DNA of 64,000 nt from Azolla caroliniana (taxonomy: Eukaryota > Plantae > Polypodiophyta), in contig JBHGNT010000002.1 of assembly GCA_043228905.1 (NCBI GenBank), positions 11,470,001-11,534,000 of the forward strand. Direction: 5' to 3'. Below the pieces are notes generated by a model. It was not told the origin of the DNA, ran no database searches, and was given only the letters and a program-made list of their open reading frames with translations. Below, piece by piece: positions 13,501 through 24,861 of this stretch. Within the stretch, counting starts at the first letter, position 1. Every line of letters starts with the position of its first letter. The position numbers and the translations under genes were made by a program.

Positions 13501-16500
13501 TCACTCCGTATGAGTCTTGGAATGGTCACAAGCCAAATGTTGGTCACATGAGAATATTTGGAAGCTTGGCTTATGCATTTGTGCCACCACAGTAGCACCA
13601 AAGCTTAAAGACAAATCAACAAAATGCATCTTTGATGGCTACATTAAAGAAAGCAAAGGTTATCAGTTGTTTCAACCCACTATTGGTAAGATAATCATCA
13701 GCCGGGATGTGATATGTGCTGAAAATGCAGCTCAACCATTTGTGGATTGCTCCAAAGATCCAGCTCTTTTTCAACCGAATGTGTTTGATACTTTGATACG
13801 ATTGCTCCAAAATGTTGTGTTTGAAGGTGATAAACTAACCCAACCTCATAGAGGTAATGTGCAGGTTTTGCAGCAGCAGCAACATTCTAAAAACAATGAT
13901 GTAGAGCAGCCAAACAATGCTCAAATTGATCTCTTACAACAGCTCAATGTGGTTGAAAATGTGCAACCAAACATTGTTGATAATAATTGGTTGAGCCAAA
14001 GAGCCAATTCTTGATCAACCAAATGCATTAGATACTTTGATACCATTGCTCCAAAATGTTGTGTTTGAAGGTGATAAACTAACCCAACCTCATGGATGTA
14101 ACGGGCAGGTTTTGCATCAACAACAACATGCTCCAAACAACGATGTAGAGCAGCCAAAAAATGCTCAAATTGATCTCTTACAACAGTTCACTGTGGTTAA
14201 ATATGAGCAACCAAACATTGTTGATAATGATTGGTTTCACCAAAGAGCCAATTCTTGATCAACCAAATGCATTAGATACTTTGTTACCATTGCTCCAAAA
14301 TGTTGTGTTCGAAGTGATCAACTAACCCAACCTCATGGAGGTAGTGGGCAGGTTTTATATCAGCAATAACATGCTCCAAACATGGATTTAGAGCAGCTAG
14401 ACAATGCTCAAATTCATCTCTCGCAACAGCTTGTTGTGGTTGAAAATGAGCAACCAAACGTTGTTGATAATAGTGCCATTTATAGGTCATTAATCAACAT
14501 GATGTTATCATGGAATTGGAGGAAGAATAAGACTTTTCTAAGCAAGCAAGAACAGTCCTTAAATGGCTGATTAATACCCTTATGAACGACAAAGTCACAT
14601 CTCCTCTTCAGGGTAAAACCCGGTCAAGCAATTAGCAAGCTAAACAGCATTATGTGCATCATGCTCTTATCGCTGAAGTTTGTGATGGGGAAGTACTCTC
14701 TTGAGGATGCATTAGCGCATGACCATTGAGTTGAAGCCATGAAATTAGAATTTGAGTCCATCTACAAGCACAACACTTGGGAGTTACATGATCTACATAA
14801 AGGTAGAAAAGCAATTGCGTAATGTGGACGGTAACCTTGACCATTTTAAAGCAACAGTTGTAGCAAAAGGTTATTTTCGAAAAGAGGGGATAGACTATGA
14901 AGAAGCGTTTGCCCCCACTTCAAGGATGGCTACAATCAGAGCTACAGTTGCTACAACTACGAATAAAGGATGGAAGGTTTGCCAATTGGACATTAAAACC
15001 ACCGCCTTAGATGGAGATTTAGAAGAAGAGGTTTAAACCCAATCTCCTAGTATTGTCATTGAAGCTGCAGACACTAAAGTTTACAAGATACTTAAAGCTT
15101 TGTATGCCTTGAAGCAAACAACTTGTGTGTGGAATGCAAAGATCCATGCCCATTGTCTTCAACTCGGTTTTGTGAACAGCCCCATCGAAGATACTCTCTA
15201 TGACTGAAAGGATGGAGAAAAAGTACTAATTGTTGTGTTTTATGTTGATGATATGCTAATCACAGGACCTAATGAGCAAGAAATTGCAGATTTCAAGGCT
15301 GATGTTAGTAAGACATTTGAACTTACAGATCTTGGTCATCTACATTACTACCTCAGCATGCAATTCATTACTGTTGACTAGGGCAAATAGGTATCTCAGT
15401 TGAAAGCAGAAACAATGGCCACTTGAGATGATTGACAATATAACCTAGATAACATATCTCTGATGAGTCTTAGGCATATTCTGGGGTTTGTTATCCCATT
15501 AAATTGGTACATCTGTGCAAGGATTCACTGACCATTTCTGACATGTAAATACGTAGTGGTGATTGATCAGTAAGAACAAGAGACACGAATGTCATTAGAT
15601 CGAGTGCGGACTTCAGGTCTGTTTCCCATATCGACAATGCTCGCAAAAGTCCGTCTTTGCCTGGAGTTTCGGGATGGAGCCGCTTGAGCACAGTTCTTAC
15701 TGAATGCACAAGTTTATGGAGTGTTATAAATCAATTATACCTTGTGAACTTATGTTAGTGTAATTTTGAGAAGCTTCAGGAGTTCATAAACATCTTCCTA
15801 ATAACCCCATGTGGTCATGCTAGGATGTAGTCCAATTTAAGTTATGATATTCATTCCATAACTCTAGAAAAATATGCCATTTGTTTGTATTTACTTTTTT
15901 AGTAAACTTCCTAATGGTTAAGATAGCGAATATTTTTGTGCCAATGTTTTGAGAATGTTGGTTCTGCAAATGTAAGTTATATAGTTGTGACACTGACTTT
16001 ATTGTGTTTTTTTGCAGACGACTCGTGTTCGATTTGTGTTTGATGCTGAAGCCCTGGTATCAATCTACTACTTAGGCCTGTATTGGTATATATCTGTTTC
16101 TAGGTTGAAGTTATTATGATCATGAAATGGGCATCTTTGTATCAATAATTGTTCTGCATAAGTTAGAAACATGCTATGGTTATTGCAAGCATCTCACACA
16201 CCTTCCATGGGCAATCCCATAATATTATGACTGTTTTTATAGGAAGTAAAAGTTGGTGATCAGCTGCAAGATTCTGGAGATAATGTATTTGTGGGTGGAA
16301 AAAACAGATGGAAGTAAGGAATTCCTGTAACTCCAATGTGTTTTTTTGACTTAAGATAAAGAATGTAACACCTGCAGGTACGAGTTTGTATAAATGATAA
16401 ATCTTGTGCTGTAGATGACAATTTATTGACATTTACTAAGAACATGTGCATTGAAATTGTAGCCTGATTTGCAGATTGAGAATTGGTGCTCTAGTATGTC

Positions 16501-17367
16501 ATGAACAAGGTTTTAAAGTGGCCAGTGGAATCTTAGAGTTGCTTTTTAGAGCCTTAATTAAGACACCTCTTTCCAATATACAAATAAAAGCTTTATTTAG
16601 CATGCCATTCATCAATAGGAACCCATAGATTGGTTTGTGCAAGGAAGACCTCAGAAAAACATTGAACAGTTCGTGCCAAAAATGGGGACTAAATTCAGGT
16701 TTCATCATTGCAGGTATTCCAGTTTTGTAAACTGGGAATTATGGTGGCCTAAATTTCCTGTGCTGGTCTATTTTAAAGAGACCCAAACTAAACCAGAAGG
16801 CCAAGTGCATTTCTTCCCAGTGATTTTTGTAAGCAATGTTTTTTTTAATGGATGCCTCCGATTTTGTTTTGCCTTTGTTGATTCACAATGCAAAATCAGA
16901 CATGCAAAAGTGAATACTTTCTCAGGAGCTAATTAGGATACAACACCCCCTTTTCATGACATCTTAATTGTTGCTTTAATACAAGGAATACACACAAAAC
17001 CTTGATAAGATTGAAAATTTGATTCCCCTGTTCAAATGGTCCACACTTTTTTTTTCTAATTCTTTCCTTTCTTATTATATTAATCCTACAAAACCATTGT
17101 TTGATATTGAATTTCAGTTGGAACTTCAGGTAATCTGAAAAGTAGTTGTGTTATTCTAAAATACAGGAAAAGGGCTCGAGGAAATTATAGCAATTGCATA
17201 ACATTACTTTTTTTTAAACACTCTAATTTATAATGCAACTATTTGATGCATCATCACAATTTAACACTTGTTCTTTTTTTGAATTTGTTATGAAACAGAA
17301 TGGGAAGCAATTGTATGACGTACTGGTTGAACGAGCAGGACCTTCGCAAAATAGTTTGCCTAAATAA
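7363..17367 (+). CDS. DUF3119-family plastid-targeted membrane protein, 7 exons, 600 nt CDS, 199 aa
   Basis: Exons 7363-7509, 8569-8644, 8735-8817, 16018-16056, 16243-16313, 16714-16828, 17299-17367 are all GT-AG and phase-compatible. The protein has a transit-peptide-like N-terminus, then PDYRIPIVLL..LGILGLLLLFQTTRVRFVFDAEALEVK..NVFVGGKNRWKYSSFVNWELWWPKFPVLVYFKETQTKPEGQVHFFPVIFNGKQL, recognised as DUF3119. Confidence 0.88.
8058..8400. pseudogene. Rearranged 25S/26S (LSU) rDNA fragments in intron 1: sense 8058-8221, antisense 8222-8400
   Basis: CCCGTCTTGAAACACGGACCAA (conserved LSU, sense), followed by antisense LSU including TACCTATTTAAAGTTTGAGAATAGG and TATCCTGAGGGAAACTTC (LR5 primer region). 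Flanked on both sides by (TA)n. Confidence 0.85.
8569..8644 (+). CDS. DUF3119 gene exon 2
   Basis: Polypyrimidine plus TGCAG acceptor; AGRKVKDGRSKVVPDPDYRIPIVLL; donor GTAATT. Confidence 0.85.
8735..8817 (+). CDS. DUF3119 gene exon 3 (TM segment)
   Basis: CTAG acceptor; GASALVYSENLLAAAPLGILGLLLLFQ; donor CAG/GTAAT. Confidence 0.85.
9842..9997. repeat. Imperfect tandem repeat, ~52-54 bp x3
   Basis: AAATTGATATATT.AAGTAATA.AAG recurs at 9842, 9896 and 9948. Confidence 0.7.
11712..13300 (+). mobile_element. Degenerate non-LTR retrotransposon (LINE; RT plus C-terminal CCHC, RTE-X-like) in intron 3
   Basis: PLPSTLFGLYID..ILLYADD..GLQRHLNAL..F C..GLSINMDKTKV (11712-12185); LRTSSHQLEIE..C..VESKEHYVCHC zinc finger (12840-12980). 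Boundaries approximate. Confidence 0.8.
13410..15390 (+). mobile_element. Degenerate Ty1/copia IN-RT fragment in intron 3
   Basis: LPRKFWLEGV..YVLNRCPTKAL..TPYESW; KCIFDGY..SKGYQL; VAKGY..EGIDYEEAFAP..QLDIKT; VLYVDDMLITG. Confidence 0.8.
13786..14472 (+). repeat. 244-bp tandem repeat, ~2.8 copies, in the copia IN-RT linker
   Basis: TTGCTCCAAAATGTTGTGTT at 13802, 14046 and 14290. Confidence 0.85.
16018..16056 (+). CDS. DUF3119 gene exon 4
   Basis: T-rich TTGCAG acceptor; TTRVRFVFDAEAL; donor GTATCA. Confidence 0.85.
16243..16313 (+). CDS. DUF3119 gene exon 5
   Basis: TTTTTATAG acceptor; EVKVGDQLQDSGDNVFVGGKNRW; donor GTAAGG. Confidence 0.88.
16714..16828 (+). CDS. DUF3119 gene exon 6
   Basis: TGCAG acceptor; YSSFVNWELWWPKFPVLVYFKETQTKPEGQVHFFPVIF; donor GTAAGC. 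Confidence 0.9.
17299..17367 (+). CDS. DUF3119 gene exon 7 (terminal)
   Basis: ACAG acceptor; NGKQLYDVLVERAGPSQNSLPK-TAA. Confidence 0.85.
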   Translation, partial: NGKQLYDVLVERAGPSQNSLPK

Positions 17368-17750
17368 ATGTTGCCACCTATTCTTGGTTTTTATTAATCA
17401 GCCTCCACTTATATATTGCAAATTGTTTTGATCCAAACTGATAACTAACCGTGATTGATTACAAATGAATGTTTTAAGATAGAGATGGGCAAAGCATATC
17501 AATTATTAGACCAAAAGCATTATATTGTAGACATCAAAATTGTTTCTTTCAAATATATCCTAAACTAAATTAATGGAGCCATACAGATGAACGAATTTTT
17601 GTAACATGATAAATTCCAGTTTAAGCAAAATGGAAAACTAATTGAGGATATTTAGAAATGAATCGCTGACCAATTTGATTGCAATCAAAATCCATCCAAT
17701 CTCAAGTCACTTGCATCTAATGCTCTGCTCTTACTATAGTCGCTTGTGCA

Positions 17751-20480
17751 TGTTGGAAATAACTCTAATAGTAAATAAAAACTTATTGTTTAGGTAGCAT
17801 TATCAAAAAATAGGACTGATTGTTATAATTGAAACAATCACATTTTAAATGTATTTAAATTACTACATCACATATTTGATGTGAGTACATCTAAGAATAC
17901 ATGTACAAGTTCATGAGTTAATTCCAATATCTGTTTTATAATCTCTTGCCGTTATCTTCATCTTTGAAGTTATAATCTTTACATGGTATCAGAGTAGAGA
18001 TATAATAAAAAACTCGAGTGTTATCCTCTTGAGACATATTTCTCTAAACCACTAGTCGTAATCCCTACCCACTTAGGGTTATACATAATCAATATGACTA
18101 TATCTACCAAGAAATGTCTTAGATAAGTTTATTGAGAAAAAATTTGAAAATTTGAAGTTGAAGATAGAATTGGTACTAGATTTTGAAGGGCTTCTTGAGG
18201 TTGTGGATGGCACTTGGGAAGAACCAATAGATAAAACATTAAAAGAACGGAAAACATGGAAGGCTTGAGATAAAATGACATGCATGGAAATTCTACTACA
18301 CCTAGATGACAAGCAAGCAGACATTATCCGAAGACTCACCACGGTTGTTACAATGTGGGTAAAATTGAAAGCACTATACGAGCCACATGATGGTACAACT
18401 AAACTACATACATTTAGTGCATTATTCAATGTGTGTGTTGCAGGAAGAGAAAGATGTTTCCACCTTCCTAGCTACATGGGAGGAAGCCATGGTGATGCTA
18501 TTACCGTTGGCAACCTCATCCTAGAAGATATAAAGATAGGCTTAATACTAAACAAACTTCTTGAATTGTGGGGAACAATCACTACCATGAACAACAACAT
18601 TAAATCACTTCTAGAGTTACTTACAAAGATTCATCATGAAGACATTCAATGGCGAAAGAAAGTGGCAAATCAACCAATGGCCATGGCTACTTCATTCAAT
18701 AGATATCAACAAATATCAACCAGCAAATCGACAACGACATAAGTCTTGCAAAGGGAAAGCCCTTGAGTCAAATAAATCAAGTAACAAGAATGATGGAAAG
18801 AGAAGTTATACACATGGAACTCAACAAAGTGGAAGCTTCATTGTGACATGTAGGTATTGTAAAAGGGATGGGCATAGAATGAGTGTGTCTATTCAAGCAA
18901 GTTGATCTAAATAAAGTAAGTTGGCCACAACCACATAGTGTGAAAATCCAAGAAGTTAATGAGGATAAAAATATGAATACTCTTTGGATAATGGAGGAGA
19001 TTAGAATGAAGAACATCAATACTAATGGAAGGGGAAAGAAACGAGATCATGATATCTGGTTTCTCAATATGGGTGCTACACACCATCCTACATATAAGAA
19101 GGATTGGGTAGAGCAATATCAAGATTTGTCAACCCCTTTAAGGTTTGTATTTGGAGACATAGGACAAAAACTAGTAGTAGGCAAAGGTAACATTTGTTTG
19201 ATAATTGCAAATGATCATCACATAAAATTATAGATGTATATTATGTACCTAGAGTGGCAAAACACTTACTATCAATTGGACAAGCTACCTACAATGGGAT
19301 GACTATTGAATTCCCTAAGACTTGGACCATGACACATCTCCATAAAGGCAAGGGCAAAGCAATAGTATGTCTTGAGCAAGGCCATCTATATCCTATGGCA
19401 ACGAGACAATTAGAGGCATTGTCAATAGAGGTATGTCATAACCATAATCAAGATAATGTTTCTTCCACATACCCGTGGCATTGCAGGCTTGGACACATAA
19501 ATATTCAAGCACTACAAGAAGATTACTTGCGTGATTGAGTATGCAACATGCGAGTCTCTCCCACTAATCATAGTCTGTGCTTCTGGGGGTGCTCGCATGC
19601 AAGAAGGAACGTTAAGCTTAATGCAAATGGCTAAGATCACTTCTACTTTGCAGAAATATTTTTTGTCTAATCCCATTCACATACTGAGCAAAAAGAAGTT
19701 GGGGGTGAGTCTATCAAGACCGTCACTTCTTCGTTCCTATTCACGTTATGGTTCAAAAAGGAGAAAACTTTATGGTTGAGTCTATTCACTCCCATTCCGT
19801 TCTACATAGTTTTGAGATGAAGGAGGAGCCAGGGTCTGTCCCAAGACCCGACTACCCTATTAGAAGGAGTTCATCCTATGCAAACCCGGAATTTGATAAG
19901 GTTTCACAAGACACTTCAACATATGCCTGACAATGTCAAAAGCAGAAAGTTGTAAGAGGTCTGCTAATTGTAAGTTTCAAAACCATCAAGGTATGTGAAG
20001 GTAGTCTGTATGGAAAAATGTCACATAAATCATTCTCACCAAGTCACACAAACACTACCGAGCGACAACAACTAGTACATTCTGATCTATGTGGTCCATT
20101 TTCTATTCTATCTATGTCTGGTGCAAAATATTTCATTGCATTCATAGACAACACTACAAGATTCATAGTAGTCAATTTCTTGAAGCATAAGGCTACATTT
20201 TTAGCATTTAAAAGCTTGGGAGAAAACCAAACAAACCATACAATCAAAATTATTCATAGTGACAATGAAGGGGAGTTTACCTTAAAAGAGTGGGAAACAT
20301 TATGGAATATTCCCTCACAAAATAGGACTCCTCATTGCACTATACAAGGAGCTATACCATTCACACTATGGTATGAACAATCTCCTAATGTGTCACATCT
20401 CAAAGTCTTTGGAGCAATAACATATACCTACATACAATCAAAGAACAAGTCAAAGCTAGAGAATCAATGCATCAAAGGGA
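17751..20480 (+). mobile_element. Degenerate AT-rich Ty1/copia (LTR ~17751-17983, gag-PR-IN), 3' truncated
   Basis: TGTTG..TTTACA followed by PBS TGGTATCAGAG (17984-17994); knuckle CRYCKRDGH; WFLNMGATHH; WHCRLGH; LVHSDLCGP. LTR start uncertain. Confidence 0.75.
19518..19653 (+). pseudogene. accD: Nuclear plastid DNA fragment (NUPT) of accD
   Basis: Translates as [42 protein letters not shown], the conserved carboxyltransferase beta motif SGGARMQEG. Confidence 0.9.
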
Positions 20481-21692
20481 GGGTCCGGAACTACTCTTGG
20501 CATTACGACCATCTTGCTCCTGTCGGCCGCCTCCATTGCGCGCCAACTTGCCTTGTCCGCCACGACCACGGGGCCTAGCTTCCTCTGTGTACAACATCTT
20601 GTCAGGGTGCATGCTCGTTGACGCACTCGCGTGGTTTTCTTCTATTGTAAGTTGAAAAATGACGGTGTATTCTTCCTCATACAAACAGCAATTCGGAATG
20701 CTCCGAACTTCGACGCTAACCCCCGAGGCAAACCTACACCATTTCTTCCTTTGTGACGTTTACATCGACGGAGGCGAGAGTGTCACAGATGTCCTTGATA
20801 TTGGAGGTGTAATCAGCCACCGACATATCTCGTTGTCGAACATTGCTCAACTCTTGCCTGAGTTGGAACTTTCTAGTTGTGGTGCTTGTGGCGAAAATCT
20901 TTTTCAGATTTCCGCAAGCATTCTTCGGTGTCCTCGCATCCCGAATGTAGCTCAGAAGCTGATCGCTCACATAGGATGCGAAACCGTAGAGAACTCTACT
21001 TGCCACATTTTCCTAGGCTGGGAAATCTCTATGTGTTGATTCGGGTGCTGCATCATTAGCTCCATCGACATAACTCCAATAGCCATGCCCGAGCAAGTAC
21101 TGGTGCATCTTGTATGATCAAGATGTGTAGTTGCTTCTGTCGAGCTTCTACGTCGGAAGCGAACTAGCCATTCCTCTGTCCATTCTTTCCTTCTTCTGTT
21201 CTTCCCCGTGATTAGGGTTTGTCTGTTTGTCGGCAGCAGGGGATCTCAACCCTCACGCTCTGATACCATGAAAAAGAATACGTGCGGAAGCTTAACAGAC
21301 ACAACCAGGTAACAAAAGACAAAAGACAAAAGACAAAGAAGGTTTAATGGAAACCTTAACCAACACAACGTACAGGGGAGAGACAGAGAGAGCAGAACAC
21401 AGAAAACTCTATTCCAAAACAATACTCTAAAACTTTGTACATAGGATGTGGTCAGAGAGCACTTTTATACAGGTCCATACGGACTGACAGAAGTGCTGAC
21501 ACGTACTTCAATACTCATGAATGAGCCCCTACACTAACTCCGAAAATATATTCTTTTGCGGAATATCTATCCCATGGCCTCCAGGTTTACGCACCGCTAC
21601 GGCCTCTCGTTGCGCACCCGGTTTGTGCACCTAGTCTACGCACTGGTTTACGCACTAGTGTACACACCCGATGTTGAGCTTGTATCTCAAAA
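20481..21692 (-). mobile_element. Ty1/copia 5' LTR (21269-~21692) plus gag fragment
   Basis: PBS rc GCTCTGATACCA ending 21268; gag ORF 20734-21006 homologous to 50789-52012. Confidence 0.85.
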
Positions 21693-21860
21693 AAATATTA
21701 AAATGTATGTTACATGCATAGGGCAAGATTTGAGACTTGTACCTCCATGTTAACGATTTCAAGCCTTACCATTATACGAACACAAAATTATGGATTTTAG
21801 ATATACAAAAGTTTTTCCTCATGCATATATTCTAGGAAACTTACCCATGCACAACCACAC

Positions 21861-21945
21861 TTAGAAAAAGCATGAATTCTATAGTTAGAAAAAGCATAAA
21901 TTCTATAGTTAGAAAAAGCATGAATGTTATAGTTAGAGAAAGCAC
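21861..21945. repeat. 24-bp minisatellite, ~3.5 copies
   Basis: TTAGAAAAAGCATGAATTCTATAG repeated. Confidence 0.8.
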
Positions 21946-22249
21946 GAGCTCGCCATGTGACAAGCTGAACTTAGCCTCGCCCATCAGTGCAAAAGGATGG
22001 GAGCAAAATGTAATGGGGGTGGAATCTTTGGGGATTTATTAGGGTTGAAAAACATTGATTAATATAATACAGTATACTCGTGGAATTAATGTGTTTCCTA
22101 TCTCTCTCTCGTTCAATCTATTCATATTCTTATCTGCCTTAAAATCCTCCTCCTAGTCCAAAACCTCGGCAATTTCCACCCGACTCACACAACGATCCGG
22201 TACCGAAAGGCACGACAACAGATGTTGTGCAATGATTCATGAGGAAGAA

Positions 22250-23245
22250 GGCAGTTCATGTTGCATTCGCCCAGTAAGATTTCAGACGGTTCTTCTCATT
22301 TGTCATGGCCCTTGCTACCTTGAGAATGTGCCAATTCTTCCATTTAGCTACTCCGTTCTGTTGAGGTGTGTGTTGGCGCGTAAACTCCCACAGAATTTCT
22401 TCTTGTCGAAGGTATGTTGTGAAGGCATCGAAGAAATATTCTTTACCTCTATCCAACCGAAGGCATTGAACATGCCAGCCCGTTTCCGTTTCGACTCCAT
22501 TCTTGAATTTTTGGAAGTGTGCAAACACTTCGTTCTTGTTGTGCATTGGATAAATCCAAGTGTGCCTAGAGTGATTGTCAATGAACGTGACATATTACTG
22601 GCATCCACTAGAGGTCCTAGTTTGGGATGGTCCCCACACATATGATTGTATTACATCCAAGAGTCCTTTTCTTGGATTCCTCTCTTTTGGGAATGATTGT
22701 TGATGTTGTTTGCTAAATTGAAAGGCTACACATACACCTTCAATCTCTCTATCCTTGAAAGTTGGGAGTCGAATGATGACCCCTTTCGATTGCATGCACT
22801 TGAACTTTTGGAGCGTGATATGACAAATTCTTTTGTTCCATAGCTCTATGTCTGTGTTAGCTTTGGGGCTTTTCTCATACATAGCCTATTTCATCTCGTG
22901 TGTGTCGAGAATGAACATTCGGCCTTCTCTTCTGCCACGAGCAATGAGGTAGCCTTCCATCTCAATGGAGCAACCTCCGTAGTTGAAACGAACTTGCATG
23001 CCTTGTTCCACAATTTGGTTGACAAAGACCAAGTTCTTTGTTATGGTTGGAACATGCAAGACTTTTTAATGTAGGTTTAGACACCATCCTTTCCGAATGG
23101 GACATTGACGACATGCCGAATGGGGTGAATGTTGTCATCCCTTGTTTCTACATAGTCGGGTCAGTCAGGCGTTCGCAACTCACAGAACCATTATTCATGG
23201 GATGTCATGTGATTATAGGTCCCGGTGTTGACAAACCATACATTC
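22250..23245 (-). mobile_element. Ty1/copia PR-IN fragment
   Basis: ORFs 22595-22882 (ELWNKRICH..GVC..F) and 22256-22546 (HTPQQNGVA), homologous to 38947-39477. Confidence 0.8.
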
Positions 23246-23289
23246 TCTAGACTAGAGGTGTTGGTTAGACCGAAGAACAACATAGACTT

Positions 23290-23680
23290 TGTTGAGCGGA
23301 CAATATTGTTCCCACCGGATCTGGATCGGCTGAATAAGCCATAGCTGGATCGGTATCCAGAACGGAGAACCAGATAGGTATCCAGAACTAAGAGCTGGAT
23401 CGGATTGTAATCGGTAGCTCGTTATTGGCCTACAGTCGTAGCCTACTACGTAGGCATATTTCTTGGAGTTAGTGTCAGTCGCTCGTACGAGCATTGAAGT
23501 ACATGTCAGTACTTTTAAGGACTTGTATAAAAGTGCTCACTGAGCACATTGTATGTACAGTTTCTTTTGGGTATTTTGAATTTGAGTTTTACTGTTCTGC
23601 TCTCTCTGTCTCTCCCGCGTACTCTCTGTGTGTGGTTTAAGCTTTCCATTAAACCTGCGTATATTTTCTGTTGCTATCTC
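23290..23680 (+). mobile_element. Copia LTR remnant (same family as 4062-4473)
   Basis: Starts TGTTGAGCG; shares GAGCATTGAAGTAC..GGACTTGTATAAAAGTGCTCAC with the other family LTRs. Confidence 0.7.
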
Positions 23681-23863
23681 TCTGTGTTTCTTATCCTCTT
23701 CATCTATTTCTCTGTTTCCATCATTGCCATAGTCACAATCATTGCTTCCAGAGACACTTCCTCAACATCATTGTCTTCATTGCTTCTTCTTCGACATCAT
23801 CATCTTCAACACCTCTTGGTGTCGTCATCAACACTACTTTGCCTAGCCTTCATCAACATCAAG

Positions 23864-24720
23864 TTTTTCCAGTTCCCAGTGAGGACCGCACAGGGTCGCT
23901 CACACCCGTTGATGTTTACATATCCGGTAAGGACTCTACATGGTCGGTCACGTTCGTTGGTGTTCCAGTTCCCGGTGAGGACCGCACAGGGTCGCTCACA
24001 CCCGTTGATGTTTGCGTCTCCGGTAAGGACTCTACATGGTCAGTCACGTTTGTTGGTGTTCCAGTTCTCGGTGAGGACCGCACATGGTCACTCATTTCCG
24101 TTGGTGTTTGTGTCTCCAGTGAGGACCATACATGGTCTCTCACGCCCGTTGGTGTTCGTTTCTCCGGTGAGGACCGCACATGGTCGCTAATGTCCGTTGG
24201 TGTTCCAGTTCCCAGTGAGGACCGCACATGGTTGCTCACATCCGTTGGTGTTCTTGTCTCCGGTGAGGACCGCACATGATCGTTCACTCATGTTGGTGTT
24301 CTAGTCTCTAGTGAGGACCGCACATGGTCGCTCACACTCACGTTAATGTTCCAGTCTCTGGTGAGGACCATACATGGTCACTCACACTCACGTTAATGTT
24401 CCAATCTCTGGTGAGGACCGCACATGGTCGCTCACACTCACATTAATGTTCCAGTCTCCGGTGAGGACCGTACATGGTCGCTCACACTCATGTTGGTGTT
24501 CCAGTCTCTGGTGAGGACCGCACATGGTCTCTCACGCTCACGTTGGTGTTCCAGTCTCCGGTGAGGACCGCACATGGTCTCTCACGCTCACATTGGTGTT
24601 CCAGTCTCCTGTGAGGACCGCACATGGTCTCTCACACTCACGTTGGTGTTCCAGTCTCCGGTGAGGACCGCACATGGTCTCTCATGCTCACGTTGGTGTT
24701 CCAGTCTCCGGTGAGGACCG
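23864..24720. repeat. Tandem array, ~17-18 units: 48-bp units then 50-bp units
   Basis: GGAC core at 23883 to 24315 at 48-bp spacing, then 24365 to 24715 at 50-bp spacing. Consensus GTGAGGACCGCACATGGTC.CTCAC(AC)..CGTTGGTGTTCCAGTCTCCG. Confidence 0.95.
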
Positions 24721-24861
24721 TGTAGGAAATAGTGAGGAATATTGCTCGGCCACAACCGAGTCTTCAATCACTTCAATGAGAATCAAACACAAAAATGGGA
24801 AATGGGGAGAGAACGCACGTACACACACAGACAATAGAGAGTACACATGATGTTTACGTGG

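Noticed and set aside
19531-19779. Functional nuclear-relocated accD gene
   Set aside because: Only ~45 codons match, with no transit peptide or splice context, embedded in a dead copia.
23549-24287. Repeat-protein genes (ORFs of 213, 202 and 123 aa)
   Set aside because: They are open because the 48-bp unit is a multiple of 3 and is stop-free in several frames; they begin in LTR sequence.
23864-24720. CRISPR-like array
   Set aside because: Units are homologous along their whole length (no unique spacers), there are no cas genes, and the context is eukaryotic.
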